Positions 49,738 through 59,005 of a DNA stretch of 64,000 nt are shown here, in pieces. Positions within the stretch are counted from its first letter, which is position 1. The number at the start of each line of letters is the position of its first letter. The stretch comes from Acidobacteriota bacterium. Lineage in GTDB: Bacteria; Acidobacteriota; Thermoanaerobaculia; Gp7-AA8. The stretch covers positions 320,001 to 384,000 of the forward strand of contig JAFATB010000025.1 of the NCBI GenBank assembly GCA_019244185.1, in the 5' to 3' direction. The notes beneath the pieces are model-generated. The model was not told the origin of the DNA, made no database searches, and worked only from the letters and a program-made list of their open reading frames with translations. Made by a program: the position numbers and the translations under genes.

Positions 49738-50463
49738 TCAGAGCTGCTCGAGCACGGCCACGATGCCGCCCGCGGTGGCGAGTCCCGCGAGCGTCGAGAA
49801 GATGAGCGCGGGGCGCGGACGCTCGTGGACGTGCGGGAGCAGATCGCTCGCGCCGAGGTAGAGGAGAAAGCCGGCGAAGAACGCGAGCTGGAAGGCGAGG
49901 ATGCGCGGGTCGATGTGCAGCACGTTCGTCAAGAGCGCGCCTGCGACCGGCGCGAGCGCGTCGACGATCAGCAGCGACAGCGTGCGCCAGCGGCTGTTGC
50001 GCGTGGCCAGCATGAACGTCACGGTGTTGAGGCCATCCGCGAAATCGTGCGCGACGACGGCCAGCAGCACGACGATGCCGACCTCGTTGCCCGCCTGAAA
50101 GCCGACGCCGATGGCGAGGCCGTCGAGGAAGCTGTGGAACGAGAGACCGATCGCGCCAGCGAGGCCGACGTTGTGGTGGTGGCCCGGCGTGTCGTGCGAC
50201 TTTTCGCTGTGGATGATGGTCAGCTTCTCGAGGAGGAAGATGCCGACGAAGCCGCCGACGACCGTGAGCGTCAGCCAGCGGATCGGCAGAGCATGGCTGT
50301 GCGACAGGTCGAAGAGCTCCGGCATCAGATCGAGGAAGACGACGCCGATCAGCAGGCCGGCCGAGAAGGCCATGATCGCCTGCAGCGAGCTGCGGTAGCG
50401 GAACGCGAACCCGCCGCCGGCGAGAGTCATCACAAACGCCAGCAGCGCCCAGACCGCACTCAT
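49738..50463 (-). CDS. ZIP family divalent metal transporter
   Basis: HSFLDGLAIG, AHDFADG, His-rich loop. Confidence 0.92.
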   Translation of the reverse strand: MSAVWALLAFVMTLAGGGFAFRYRSSLQAIMAFSAGLLIGVVFLDLMPELFDLSHSHALPIRWLTLTVVGGFVGIFLLEKLTIIHSEKSHDTPGHHHNVGLAGAIGLSFHSFLDGLAIGVGFQAGNEVGIVVLLAVVAHDFADGLNTVTFMLATRNSRWRTLSLLIVDALAPVAGALLTNVLHIDPRILAFQLAFFAGFLLYLGASDLLPHVHERPRPALIFSTLAGLATAGGIVAVLEQL

Positions 50464-50492
50464 GCGGGCGGGATTGTACAGAACGCGGACGC

Positions 50493-50521
50493 AAAAAAAG
50501 CGACGCCCGCGGCGTCGCTTT
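50493..50521 (-). terminator. Rho-independent terminator
   Basis: Minus strand AAAGCGACGCC-GCG-GGCGTCGC-TTTTTTT after the small gene. Confidence 0.8.
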
Positions 50522-50546
50522 CGTGCTTCGGATTCTTCTTACGGCG

Positions 50547-50786
50547 TCAGGCGGCGTAGACGCGCACGAGGAAGACCGAGTCTTCCTTCTTCACCGTCGC
50601 AATCGATTCGAGACCGCGGGCGGGGCGCATGAAGCTGACCAGCTCGCAGTCGCTTTCGGTGATGTACTGCGCGATCGCGTCGGTCGCGTTCGTGGCCTCG
50701 ACCACGGTCCGGCGGGCCTCGCCGTCATACGAAGGGCGGTGGGTGTATTCGTTCGTCAGTTCGCGTGCTTCGATCGTGTATTGCAA
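50547..50786 (-). CDS. Small hypothetical protein (79 aa)
   Basis: TTG start with SD GGAGGGG; host-like codons; followed by a terminator. Confidence 0.7.
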   Translation of the reverse strand: MQYTIEARELTNEYTHRPSYDGEARRTVVEATNATDAIAQYITESDCELVSFMRPARGLESIATVKKEDSVFLVRVYAA

Positions 50787-50861
50787 AGCACCCCTCCGGA
50801 AAAGTTTGCGTCTCCCGCAAGTGAAGCTCAGCAATCGGCAGGCCAGTATTTGAGAAAAACC

Positions 50862-50955
50862 GAATGAAGAACGCAGAACGCAGAATGAAGAATTGAGAAC
50901 GGACGACTGGTGCTTTTTTCTACGTTCTTCATTCTGCGTTCTGCATTCTTCATTC
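50862..50955. repeat. Heptamer-repeat inverted hairpin, copy 1
   Basis: GAATGAA/GAACGCA heptamers facing TTCATTC/TGCGTTC heptamers. Confidence 0.9.
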
Positions 50956-50980
50956 AAGCGGCGCACAGCGCCGCGTCGAA

Positions 50981-52639
50981 CTATCTCTCGCGCAGGTATC
51001 CGTGAATGAGCTGCACCGCCATCGCCCCTTCTCCCACCGCCGAGCCGACGCGCTTTGCCGAGCCGTGCCTTACATCGCCGGCCACGAACACGCCGCGCAT
51101 GCTGCTCTCGAGCGGCGCGGGCCAGACGTCTTCCGGCCAGCCGGGCAGCTGCTTGCGGTGCAGCTTGCGTCCCGTGACGATGAAGCCCTGTTTGTCGCGG
51201 ACGACCGTGTCGGAGAGCCACTCCGTGTTCGGCTTCGCGCCGATCCAGATGAAGAGCGCGTCGGTGCGCAGCTCGCGCTGCTCCTTCGTCTCCGTGTTCT
51301 CGACGACCACCGCCTCGACGCGCTCCTCCCCTTTCACCTCGACCACGCTCGTCTTGGTCAACAGCTTGACCTTCTCGAGCGACTCGATGCGGTCGACGAG
51401 GTAGCGCGACATGGTCGTCTCGAGTGACTCGTCGATGGTGATGATGGTCAGACGCCGCACGTAGCGCGCGAGCAGCAGCGCGGCCTGCGCGGCGGAGTTG
51501 CCGCTGCCGAGGAGACAGACGTCGCGGCCGCGAAAGCGGGCGGCCTCCGCGGCGGCGGCGCCGTAGTAGACTCCGGAGCCGGCGAGGCGTTCCGCGCCCG
51601 CGCCGGTGAAGCGGCGGTACGCTACGCCCATCGCCAGCAGCACGGTATGGCTCACGATCTCGGTGCCGTCGTCGAGCTCCACGAGCCGATAGCCGCGATC
51701 GTCGCGCAACCCGGTCGCGGATTTCGTGAGCAGGATCTCGGTGCCGAACTTCTGCGCCTGCGTCACCGCGCGCGACGCGAGCTCCGCGCCCGACAGGCCG
51801 TCCGGAAATCCGAGATAGTTCTCGATCAGCGCGCTCGATCCCGCCTGCCCGCCCGGCACGTCGCGCTCGATGATCACCGTGCGCAGTCCTTCCGAGCTCG
51901 CGTACACCGCCGCCGCGAGTCCCGCCGGACCTCCGCCGACGATCACGAGGTCGTAGAACGACTCCTCGGGTGACGTGCTGAAGCCGAGCTTCTGCGCGAG
52001 GTCTTCGTCCGACGGATCGACGAGCTCCGTGCCGTCGGGGAACACGATGCGCGTCGTCGGGTCGCGATCCTCGTCGTCCTCGTCCTCGGAGCCGGTCTCG
52101 ATCCACTGATACGGCACGCGATGCCGCGCCATGAGATCGCGCACGTCGTGGCAGCGCGGCGCCCACTGATCGCCGATGATCTGCACGATGTCGTTCGCCG
52201 CCAGTGCGCTCGTCGCACCGGTCGTCTCCCACGCGCGCAACGCGTCGCGCACGATCGGCTGCAACGACGTCTCGGGCGCTTCCCACGGCTCGGCGATGCT
52301 GATGTCGACGAGGCCGTCGCGTTTCGCGGCGGCGGCGAACCCCGGATCGAGATCGTCGGCGTAGAGGATGACGCGCACGCCCGGAGTCACTTCCTTCGCG
52401 CGCGCGAGCAGCTCGCGGAACTTCCCTTCGTCGAGCACGTGGCGGACGAGCAGCAGCACGAGCGGCTGTTTCGTCCGCGCGACGTCGTCGAGCACCTTGC
52501 GCGCGTCGTCGAGATTGCGCGCGGTGGCGACGTCGAACGACGACGAGCAGTCGCCGCGCAGGAACTCCTCCCCGCGCGCGAGGTGCTCCTCGTGCGGCTC
52601 GACGAGCAGGATCAGAGGACGGGCGGTTTCCGGACCCAC
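50981..52639 (-). CDS. Receiver-like domain fused to a thioredoxin-reductase-like FAD oxidoreductase
   Basis: Degenerate REC; glutaredoxin-like linker; GGGPAGLAAA, IENYLGFP, GSGNSA, FVAGDVR. No CXXC (GVYYGAAAAE). Confidence 0.88.
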   Translation of the reverse strand: MGPETARPLILLVEPHEEHLARGEEFLRGDCSSSFDVATARNLDDARKVLDDVARTKQPLVLLLVRHVLDEGKFRELLARAKEVTPGVRVILYADDLDPGFAAAAKRDGLVDISIAEPWEAPETSLQPIVRDALRAWETTGATSALAANDIVQIIGDQWAPRCHDVRDLMARHRVPYQWIETGSEDEDDEDRDPTTRIVFPDGTELVDPSDEDLAQKLGFSTSPEESFYDLVIVGGGPAGLAAAVYASSEGLRTVIIERDVPGGQAGSSALIENYLGFPDGLSGAELASRAVTQAQKFGTEILLTKSATGLRDDRGYRLVELDDGTEIVSHTVLLAMGVAYRRFTGAGAERLAGSGVYYGAAAAEAARFRGRDVCLLGSGNSAAQAALLLARYVRRLTIITIDESLETTMSRYLVDRIESLEKVKLLTKTSVVEVKGEERVEAVVVENTETKEQRELRTDALFIWIGAKPNTEWLSDTVVRDKQGFIVTGRKLHRKQLPGWPEDVWPAPLESSMRGVFVAGDVRHGSAKRVGSAVGEGAMAVQLIHGYLRER

Positions 52640-52699
52640 GCCCCGCCTCGTTTGCGATTCCGATGCCTCAGCGCGCTTTTTGCACGCAGCGCAAAGACG

Positions 52700-53530
52700 A
52701 TGTCGGAAGAAACCGAAGGGCGCACCTCGCCGACAACCGCCACCGTTCACCACTCCATCTTCGAGGAAGGCGTGGGAGAGCTCGAGCGGACGTCGTCCGC
52801 GCTGGCGTGGTCCGGCGTCGCCGCGGGCCTCTACATGGGCTTCTCCTTCCTCGGCAGCGGCGTGCTGCGCGCGCATCTGCCGCAGGCGCACTGGGAGCCG
52901 CTCGTCACCGCGCTCGGCTACACGCTCGGCTTCGTCCTGGTGATCATCGGCCGCCAGCAGCTCTTCACCGAGAACACGCTCACGGTGATGCTGCCGCTCT
53001 TTCACCGGCGCGATGCGCGTACGTTCGCGAACGTGCTGCGGGTCTGGGGCATCGTCCTCGTCGCGAACGTCATCGGCTGCCTGATCTTCGCGTTCGTGCT
53101 CGCGCGCACGGAGCTCGTCGACGGCGAGGTCTTCGCGGCGCTGAAGGCGCTGGCCACGCAGAGCACGAGCCATACGTTCGGCGTGCAGTTCCTGCGCGGC
53201 ATCTTCGCGGGGTGGCTGATCGCGCTCGTGGTCTGGCTGCTGCCGTACGCGGAGAACGCGCACGTCCTCGTGATCGTGCTGCTGACGTACACCATCGGCG
53301 CCGCGCAACTCCCGCACGTCATCATCGGAACGATCGAAACCATCTTCCTGCTGTTCATCGGGAAAGCGGGATGGAGCGAGTTCTTCATCGGCTTCTTTCT
53401 ACCCGTGCTGCTCGGCAACGTGCTCGGCGGCGTCGGCCTGGTCGCGGCGCTCGGACACGCGCAGGTCGCGGCGAACGGCGATCTGGAAGAAGAAGAGGAT
53501 GAGGAAGAGAACGGCTTGATTATTGCTTAG
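52700..53530 (+). CDS. Formate/nitrite transporter family protein (YfdC-like)
   Basis: QQLFTENT, GIFAGWLIA, LLGNVLGG. Confidence 0.9.
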   Translation: MSEETEGRTSPTTATVHHSIFEEGVGELERTSSALAWSGVAAGLYMGFSFLGSGVLRAHLPQAHWEPLVTALGYTLGFVLVIIGRQQLFTENTLTVMLPLFHRRDARTFANVLRVWGIVLVANVIGCLIFAFVLARTELVDGEVFAALKALATQSTSHTFGVQFLRGIFAGWLIALVVWLLPYAENAHVLVIVLLTYTIGAAQLPHVIIGTIETIFLLFIGKAGWSEFFIGFFLPVLLGNVLGGVGLVAALGHAQVAANGDLEEEEDEEENGLIIA

Positions 53531-53541
53531 AGCGCCTGACA

Positions 53542-54000
53542 ATGTCCTTGGTTAAGGGTCCCGAGGTCGCCAACGTGCTGGTGGTGGATGACGAACCGGC
53601 CATCCGTGCGCTCGTTGCGAAGATCGTCGAGCGCGCCGGCTTTCCGGTCGACAGCGCCCGCGACGGCGCGGAAGCCATTCAGCGCCTCGAGGAGAAGTCG
53701 TATGCGGTGCTCGTCGTCGACCTGATGATGCCGAACGTCGACGGCTTCGCGCTCATCGATTACGTGCGCCAGCGCGGCGGCGCCAGACCGGCGATCATCG
53801 TCGTCAGCGCGGGGGACTCCGCGGCGCTGCGCCGCCTCGACGGGTCGATGGTGCACTCGATCCTGCGCAAGCCTTTCGACATCGACGTCCTCGGCGACCT
53901 GATCACCGCCGCCGCCCGGACGATCTCCGCGGAACGCCAGCAGGAAGAGAAGGCGTCCGAGGGTGCCGTGATCCCGTTCCCGCGCGAAAACGTCTGCTGA
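53542..54000 (+). CDS. Single-domain response regulator
   Basis: LVVDDE, DLMMPNVDG, KPF. Confidence 0.93.
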   Translation: MSLVKGPEVANVLVVDDEPAIRALVAKIVERAGFPVDSARDGAEAIQRLEEKSYAVLVVDLMMPNVDGFALIDYVRQRGGARPAIIVVSAGDSAALRRLDGSMVHSILRKPFDIDVLGDLITAAARTISAERQQEEKASEGAVIPFPRENVC

Positions 54001-54010
54001 CGTTGAAGCC

Positions 54011-55000
54011 TCAGCGCCGCGAACGCCGCATGAGCGCGAACAGCGCGGCGACGCCGAGCAACCCTGCCGCGCGACGCCATCCCGGATGCAGTTCCACCGT
54101 GCGCGTGTAGACGCTCGCGCGCCGCGACTCGTCGGAGTAATCGCCGTCGACGTCGGTCTCGTGCGCGGTGTGAAAGAGGTTCGACTCCCCTGCATCGGCT
54201 GTGGTGCTGTATTGCTGGCGGAAAAAGTTGCGGCCGCGCAGCATGTACCAGTCGAGCGCGCGCGGGCTGAGGCGGGTGCCCCACGCCATCAACTTTGCGA
54301 GCGAGCCGACGTAAACGTCGCGCTGCGGCCGATCCACCGCACGAAGGATTGCGCGCGCGACTTCCTCCGGCGGATAGATGACCGAGATGGGATGCGGCCG
54401 CACGCCGAGGCGCGACGCGCCCCAGCGGTAGAACGGCGTGTTGATCGACGCCGGGAGGATCGAGACGACGTCGATCGGCGCGTGAGTCGCGCGCAGTTCC
54501 ATGCGCAGCGCGTCGTTGAACGACTTGATCGCGGCCTTCGTCGCCGAATACGTCGACAGCAGCGGCACCGCATGCTCGGCGACGGCGGACGAGACGTTCA
54601 CGATGACGCCGCGGCCGCGCGCGCGGAGATGCGGGATGGCGATGCGCGTGCCGTACATCACGCCGAGGAGGTTCACTTCGACGACGCGGCGCATGGAGGC
54701 GGGAGTCATTTCCTCGACGAGCGCCCACTCCCCCACCGCGGCGTTGTTGATCCAGACGTCGATGCCGCCGAATGCCGCGACGGCCGCGTCCGCGACGCGC
54801 TCGAGGTCCTCGGCGCGCGCGACGTCGCCGGCGATCGCCAGCGCGGCGCCTCCCGCGCGCACGAGCTCTTCGGCCACCTGCGCGAGCGCGTCCGCGCTGC
54901 GGCTGACGAGTACGACCGCGTCGCCGCGCCGCGCGAAGGCGAGCGCGGTCGCATGGCCGATGCCGCTCGAGGCGCCGGTGATCACGACCACGCGTTTCAC
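54011..55000 (-). CDS. SDR family oxidoreductase
   Basis: TGASSGIG, NNAA, YSATK. Confidence 0.93.
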   Translation of the reverse strand: MKRVVVITGASSGIGHATALAFARRGDAVVLVSRSADALAQVAEELVRAGGAALAIAGDVARAEDLERVADAAVAAFGGIDVWINNAAVGEWALVEEMTPASMRRVVEVNLLGVMYGTRIAIPHLRARGRGVIVNVSSAVAEHAVPLLSTYSATKAAIKSFNDALRMELRATHAPIDVVSILPASINTPFYRWGASRLGVRPHPISVIYPPEEVARAILRAVDRPQRDVYVGSLAKLMAWGTRLSPRALDWYMLRGRNFFRQQYSTTADAGESNLFHTAHETDVDGDYSDESRRASVYTRTVELHPGWRRAAGLLGVAALFALMRRSRR

Positions 55001-55052
55001 GCAGGCATGAGGTGTCAAATCGCGTGCCGCGTCTCGGGTTATCCTGCGTCGC

Positions 55053-56579
55053 ATGCAATCGTCGTCGTCGCGGTACGCGTTGCGCATCGCCGTGTTCGTC
55101 GCCGGCGCGCTCCTCATGGCGCTCGAGGTCGCGGCGTTCCGCATCATCGGCAAAACGTTCGGCGCCGCGCTGCGCGAGACGACCACCGTGATCGCCGTCT
55201 TTCTCGCGGCGATGAGCGCGGGCTACTGGGCGGGCGGACGGGCGGGCGACCGCTGGCCGCGGCCGGAGACGCTCGTCGCAACGCTGGTGCTCTCCGCGCT
55301 GTCGCTCTTCACCGTGCCGTGGCTGGACGCCGCGCTCTCGCCGCGCATCGCCGCGTCGTCGCTCGCGCTCGCGACACACGCGTTCATCGCCACGAGCGTG
55401 CTCTTCGCGATCCCGACGTTCCTCCTCGCCGCCACCTCGCCGATCGCCATCCGACTCTTCACGACCAGCACCGGCGCGAGCGGCTCGACGGCCGGCTCGA
55501 TCTCCGCGCTCTCGACCGCGGGCAGCATCGCCGGAAGTCTCGCCACGGCGTTCTTCCTCATCGATTGGCTGGCCAGCATCAGCCGCACGGTGCTCCTCGT
55601 CGGCGCCGCCGCGCTCGCGACCGCGCTCCTCGTGCAGCTCGCATCGGCCGAACGCGCCGGCACGCGGCGGCTCGCGCTCGCACTTTCCGCGGCCGCGGCG
55701 GTCATCGTCGCGACGAGCGTCTTCGTCGCGCGTTCATCCGCGCTCGAGCAGTCGCTGCTCCGTCCGCTGCCGAACACGCGCGTGCTCTTCGTCGGCGACA
55801 GCGGCTATCACCGCGTCACGGTCCGCGACCGCGCGCGCCAGCGCGAGATGCTCTTCAACCTCGGCGTTCAGACACGCATGCCGCTCAACGACCCGTTCGG
55901 TCCCGGCAACGCGTACTCCGACGCGCTGCATCTCGCGCGGCTGATGCGTCCGCAGACGAAGCGCGTGCTCGTCATCGGCCTCGGCGGCGGCACCGCGGCG
56001 AAGCAATACATGCATCACTACCCCGACACGATCGTCGACGCCGTCGACGTCGACCCGCTCGTCGTCGACGTCGCGCAACGCTTCTTCACCGTCGCGCCGG
56101 GACCGCGGCTGCGGCTGCACGTCGCCGACGGCCGCACGTTCCTGCGGCGCACGAACGAGCGCTGGGACCTCATCATCCTCGACGCGGCCACGACCAACCG
56201 CTACGGCGATACGTTTCCGCCGCACCTCGCCACGCGCGAATTTTTTACCGAGGTCTCGACGCACCTCACGCCGGGCGGCATTCTGCATCTCCACAACGGC
56301 TTCCATGCGTCGAAGCTGATGCCCGCCCTGCACAAGACCGTGGGCAGCGTGTACGGGAGCGTGCTGATGACCGGCGGCGAGCTCCTCGCCAGCGACGGCG
56401 CGCTCGTCATCGACCGTCCCGCGCTCGTGGCCCGCGCGCGCGAGAACGGCCTGCTGGCACAGCTCCCGAATCTCGGCACTGCCATCGAGCAGCTGACGGA
56501 TTCGAAGCCGGCGTACGGCGACGTGCCGCTCCTCACCGATGACTACGCGCCGGTCGACACGCTCCTCCGCAGCCGCTGA
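55053..56579 (+). CDS. Fused membrane domain/spermidine synthase-like methyltransferase
   Basis: N-terminal TMs; VLVIGLGGG, DVDP, DGR, LLTDDYAPVD. Confidence 0.9.
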   Translation: MQSSSSRYALRIAVFVAGALLMALEVAAFRIIGKTFGAALRETTTVIAVFLAAMSAGYWAGGRAGDRWPRPETLVATLVLSALSLFTVPWLDAALSPRIAASSLALATHAFIATSVLFAIPTFLLAATSPIAIRLFTTSTGASGSTAGSISALSTAGSIAGSLATAFFLIDWLASISRTVLLVGAAALATALLVQLASAERAGTRRLALALSAAAAVIVATSVFVARSSALEQSLLRPLPNTRVLFVGDSGYHRVTVRDRARQREMLFNLGVQTRMPLNDPFGPGNAYSDALHLARLMRPQTKRVLVIGLGGGTAAKQYMHHYPDTIVDAVDVDPLVVDVAQRFFTVAPGPRLRLHVADGRTFLRRTNERWDLIILDAATTNRYGDTFPPHLATREFFTEVSTHLTPGGILHLHNGFHASKLMPALHKTVGSVYGSVLMTGGELLASDGALVIDRPALVARARENGLLAQLPNLGTAIEQLTDSKPAYGDVPLLTDDYAPVDTLLRSR

Positions 56580-57123
56580 GCCGCCCGGCGGTCTCCGCTA
56601 CGTCGCGGACTTCCTCACGCCGGACGAGGAGCGAGCGCTGGTGGAGGAGATCGATGGATATCCATTTCATGAGGTGCGCATGCGCGGCCAGGTCGCGCGG
56701 CGGACGGTGATCCACTTCGGCTGGGACTACGACTACGACGGCTGGAGCATCCATCCCACGACGCCGCCGTCGCCGCGATTGCGCGCGCTGGCCGATCGTT
56801 GCGCGGCCGCGGCGGAGATCGCGCCGGAAGCGCTGCAGCAGTTCCTCGTCGCGCGCTATCCGCCGGGAGCGACGATCGGCTGGCACCGCGACGCGCCGAT
56901 GTTCGGCAGTCCGGTGCTCGGCGTCTCGCTGCTCGCGCCATGCACGATGCGCTTCCGCAGAAAAAGCGGTGAGTCGTACGAAGTGTGGGCGCAGCCGCTG
57001 GCGCCGCGCGCGCTCTACATTCTGGGCGGCGCGGCGCGCATGCAGTGGCAGCACTCCATCCCGCCGGTGAAGGCGCTGCGTTACTCCATCACCATGCGCA
57101 GCTTGCGCGACGCGCAAAAGTGA
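56539..57123 (+). CDS. AlkB-family 2OG-Fe(II) dioxygenase
   Basis: IGWHRD, WQHSIPP, RYSITMR. Confidence 0.88.
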   Translation: MTTRRSTRSSAAAEPPGGLRYVADFLTPDEERALVEEIDGYPFHEVRMRGQVARRTVIHFGWDYDYDGWSIHPTTPPSPRLRALADRCAAAAEIAPEALQQFLVARYPPGATIGWHRDAPMFGSPVLGVSLLAPCTMRFRRKSGESYEVWAQPLAPRALYILGGAARMQWQHSIPPVKALRYSITMRSLRDAQK

Positions 57124-57169
57124 AGCCTCAGGCTGGTCTGAATTTCGCAAGCCGCCAGACGCGAAACTG

Positions 57170-59005
57170 ATGCGGACGTGGGTGGCCTGCAGCCTCGTTC
57201 TCATGACAGCCTTCGCCGGCTGTAACCGCGCGAACTCTACCCGCCCGAAGCAACTTCCATACATCCAGCGTTACACCAGTTCGCCCGCGACGAGCCTCGC
57301 CTCCGTGCTCGCGGACGACGGCCAGTGGGTGATGGCGCCGAAGGACTACGCGAACACGCGCTTCTCCTCGCTCGATCAGATCAACACGAAGAACGTCGGC
57401 AACCTGCAGGCCGCGTGGACGTTCTCGACCGGCATCCTGCGCGGCCACGAGGCGGCGCCGCTCATCGTGAACAACACGATGTACATCGTCGGACCGTTTC
57501 CGAACCCCGTCTTCGCGCTCGACCTCACGCGTCCCGGCGGTCCGCTCAAGTGGCAGTACAAGCCGGCCGTGATCTCCGGCGCGAAAGGCGTCGCGTGCTG
57601 CGATTGGGTCAACCGAGGGGCGGCGTTCGGCGACGGCAAGATCGTCTTCAACACGCTCGACAACCAGACCATCGCGCTCGACGCGAACACCGGCGCCGAA
57701 GTTTGGAAGACGACCCTCGGCGACATCAATCAGGGCGAGACCATCACCATGGCCCCGCTCATCGTCAAAGACAAAGTGCTCGTCGGCAATGCGGGCGGCG
57801 AGTTCGGCGTGCGCGGCTGGCTGCAGGCGCTCGACCTGAAAACCGGAAAGCCCGTCTGGAAGGCATTCCATACAGGTCCCGATACGGATTGCCTGATCGG
57901 CCCCGACTTCAAGCCCTTCTACCCGCTCGACGCCGGCAAAGACCTCGGCGTGAAAACGTGGTCGCCCGAATCGTGGCGGCAGGGCGGCGGCACGATGTGG
58001 GGCTGGATCTCTTACGACCCGCAGCTGAACCTCATCTACTACGGCACCGGCAATCCCGGCCCGTGGAACCCCGAGCTGCGTCCCGGCGACAACAAGTGGA
58101 CCGCGACGCTCTTCGCGCGCGACGTCGACACCGGCGCCGCGAAGTGGGCGTATCAGTTCCAGCCGCACGACAACTTCGACTACGACGCCGTCAACGAGTC
58201 GACGCTGCTCGACCTGCACCTGCCCGGCGGCCAGCTGCGCAAAGTGCTCGTGCGCGCGGAGCGCAACGGCTACATGTACATGATCGACCGCGCGAACGGC
58301 CAGGTGCTCTCCGCCGATCCGTACGCGTTCATCACGTCGACGAAAGGCATCGATCTCAAGACGGGGCGTCCGATCGAGAATCCCGACAAACAGCCGAAGA
58401 GCGGCAAAGTGATTCGCGAGATCTGCCCCGCCGTGCCCGGCGCGAAAGACTGGCAGCCGTCCGCGTACTCGCCGCGCACCGGGCTGCTGTACGTGCCCTC
58501 CGAAAACCTCTGCATGGACTTCGAGGGGCTCGAGGCGAACTACATCGCCGGCACGCCTTATCTGGGCGCGAATATCCGTTACTACGCGGGTCCCGGCGGC
58601 AACCGCGGCGAGCTGCTCGCGTGGGACGTCGTGCATCGGAAAAAAGTGTGGGGCGTGAAGGAACGCTTCCCGACGTACAGCGGCGCCGTCGCCACCGCGG
58701 GCGATCTCGTTTTCTACGGCACCATGGACGGCTGGTTCAAAGCGCTCGACGCCCGCAGCGGCGACACGCTCTGGAAGTTCAAGACCGACAGCGGAATCAT
58801 CAGCCAGCCGGTGACGTGGCGCGGGCCCGACGGCAAGCAGTACGTCGCGGTACTCACCGGCGTCGGCGGCTGGCCGGGCGCCATCGTCTCCGGCGATCTC
58901 GATCCGCGCGACGCCGGCGCCGGCGACGGCTTCGTCAGCGCCATGAGCGACCTGCCCAAATTCACGGAGAAAGGGAGCACGTTGTATGTCTTCGCGCTTC
59001 CTTAG
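57170..59005 (+). CDS. xoxF: PQQ-dependent methanol/alcohol dehydrogenase, XoxF-like (lanthanide-type), copy 1
   Basis: Lipobox FAGC; CCDWVNRG; GGEFGVRG; GTGNPGPWN; HDNFDYDAVNE. Confidence 0.8.
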   Translation: MRTWVACSLVLMTAFAGCNRANSTRPKQLPYIQRYTSSPATSLASVLADDGQWVMAPKDYANTRFSSLDQINTKNVGNLQAAWTFSTGILRGHEAAPLIVNNTMYIVGPFPNPVFALDLTRPGGPLKWQYKPAVISGAKGVACCDWVNRGAAFGDGKIVFNTLDNQTIALDANTGAEVWKTTLGDINQGETITMAPLIVKDKVLVGNAGGEFGVRGWLQALDLKTGKPVWKAFHTGPDTDCLIGPDFKPFYPLDAGKDLGVKTWSPESWRQGGGTMWGWISYDPQLNLIYYGTGNPGPWNPELRPGDNKWTATLFARDVDTGAAKWAYQFQPHDNFDYDAVNESTLLDLHLPGGQLRKVLVRAERNGYMYMIDRANGQVLSADPYAFITSTKGIDLKTGRPIENPDKQPKSGKVIREICPAVPGAKDWQPSAYSPRTGLLYVPSENLCMDFEGLEANYIAGTPYLGANIRYYAGPGGNRGELLAWDVVHRKKVWGVKERFPTYSGAVATAGDLVFYGTMDGWFKALDARSGDTLWKFKTDSGIISQPVTWRGPDGKQYVAVLTGVGGWPGAIVSGDLDPRDAGAGDGFVSAMSDLPKFTEKGSTLYVFALP

